Assembly: GCA_051294375.1 (NCBI GenBank)
Contig: CM119267.1
Span: forward strand, 7,029,545-7,073,297
Direction: 5' to 3'
Source: Paraspadella gotoi
Taxonomy: Eukaryota > Animalia > Chaetognatha
Length of the DNA: 43,753 nucleotides
The notes beneath the pieces were generated by a model that had not been told where the DNA came from, ran no database searches, and saw nothing but the letters and a program-made list of their open reading frames with translations. A program made the position numbers and the translations under genes. Within the stretch, counting starts at the first letter, position 1. Each line of letters begins with the position of its first letter. Below, piece after piece: positions 43,376 to 43,753 of the stretch.

Positions 43376-43753
43376 GGCACTATTTTCCGAGAACGCCTCA
43401 TTTTTATTTCAAATATTTAACCCCAATTTATAACCCAAATCATTAATTAAAACTGTTTCCAAATCCGAACTTAACCCCTAAACCTAATCCATAAGATAAT
43501 CTCTATCCCTGACCTATAACCTAATTTTGAACTTAAAAATTAATTTAATTCTGAATTTTATTTGATTTCGGGCACTTTAACCAGTGTGGCCATCTTTTCC
43601 AAAAGCACCTCATTTTAATTCAATCGTTTCAGGTAAAGGGTTAGGAATATGAATTAGGTTAGGTATTTGGTTAAAGATTAAGATTAAGTATTAGGGTTTA
43701 AGGTTAGAATATAAGGTTAAGGATAATTGCTAAGGATTAAGGATAGTGCCGAA
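43376..43753. mobile_element. MITE-like element with opposed telomere-like (CCTAA / TTAGG) degenerate arms
   Basis: GGCACTAT (43376) and ATAGTGCC (43743) are inverted. Left half is rich in TAACC/CCTAA, right half in GGTTA/TTAGG. A related half-element lies at 8852-8980 (copy near 10525-10652). Confidence 0.4.

Overview
Eukaryotic (probably invertebrate animal) draft scaffold: AT-rich, dense in (AG)n/(GTC)n microsatellites, with 9 N-gaps, four of them exactly 25 N. No conserved gene, rRNA, intact tRNA, CRISPR array or autonomous transposon is recognisable, and most ORFs in the track are translations of microsatellites. About a third of the window is redundant, indel-noisy copies. 7911-9455 is repeated at 9482-11140. 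A 4.9-kb block A (11790-16650) recurs twice inverted (20631-25376, 25491-30604). A 3.1-3.5-kb block B (16641-20180) recurs at 30608-33720. This looks like long-read gap-filling duplication, but shared variants suggest two haplotypes that differ by an inversion of A and a TTAA-site insertion in B. Best biological candidates: (1) a broken, intronless ~2-kb orphan reading frame with a 14-aa tandem repeat (about 32700-34641) facing a convergent orphan ORF; (2) an octapeptide-repeat frame missed by the ORF track (12052-12312); (3) two diverged ~210-bp tandem units with covarying stems, tRNA-like on the minus strand (39280-39700); (4) a foldback element with GAC-rich arms; (5) a 118-bp hairpin; (6) a hairpin-bearing 39-bp minisatellite. 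All alignments and folds were done by eye; no novel system can be established from the sequence alone.
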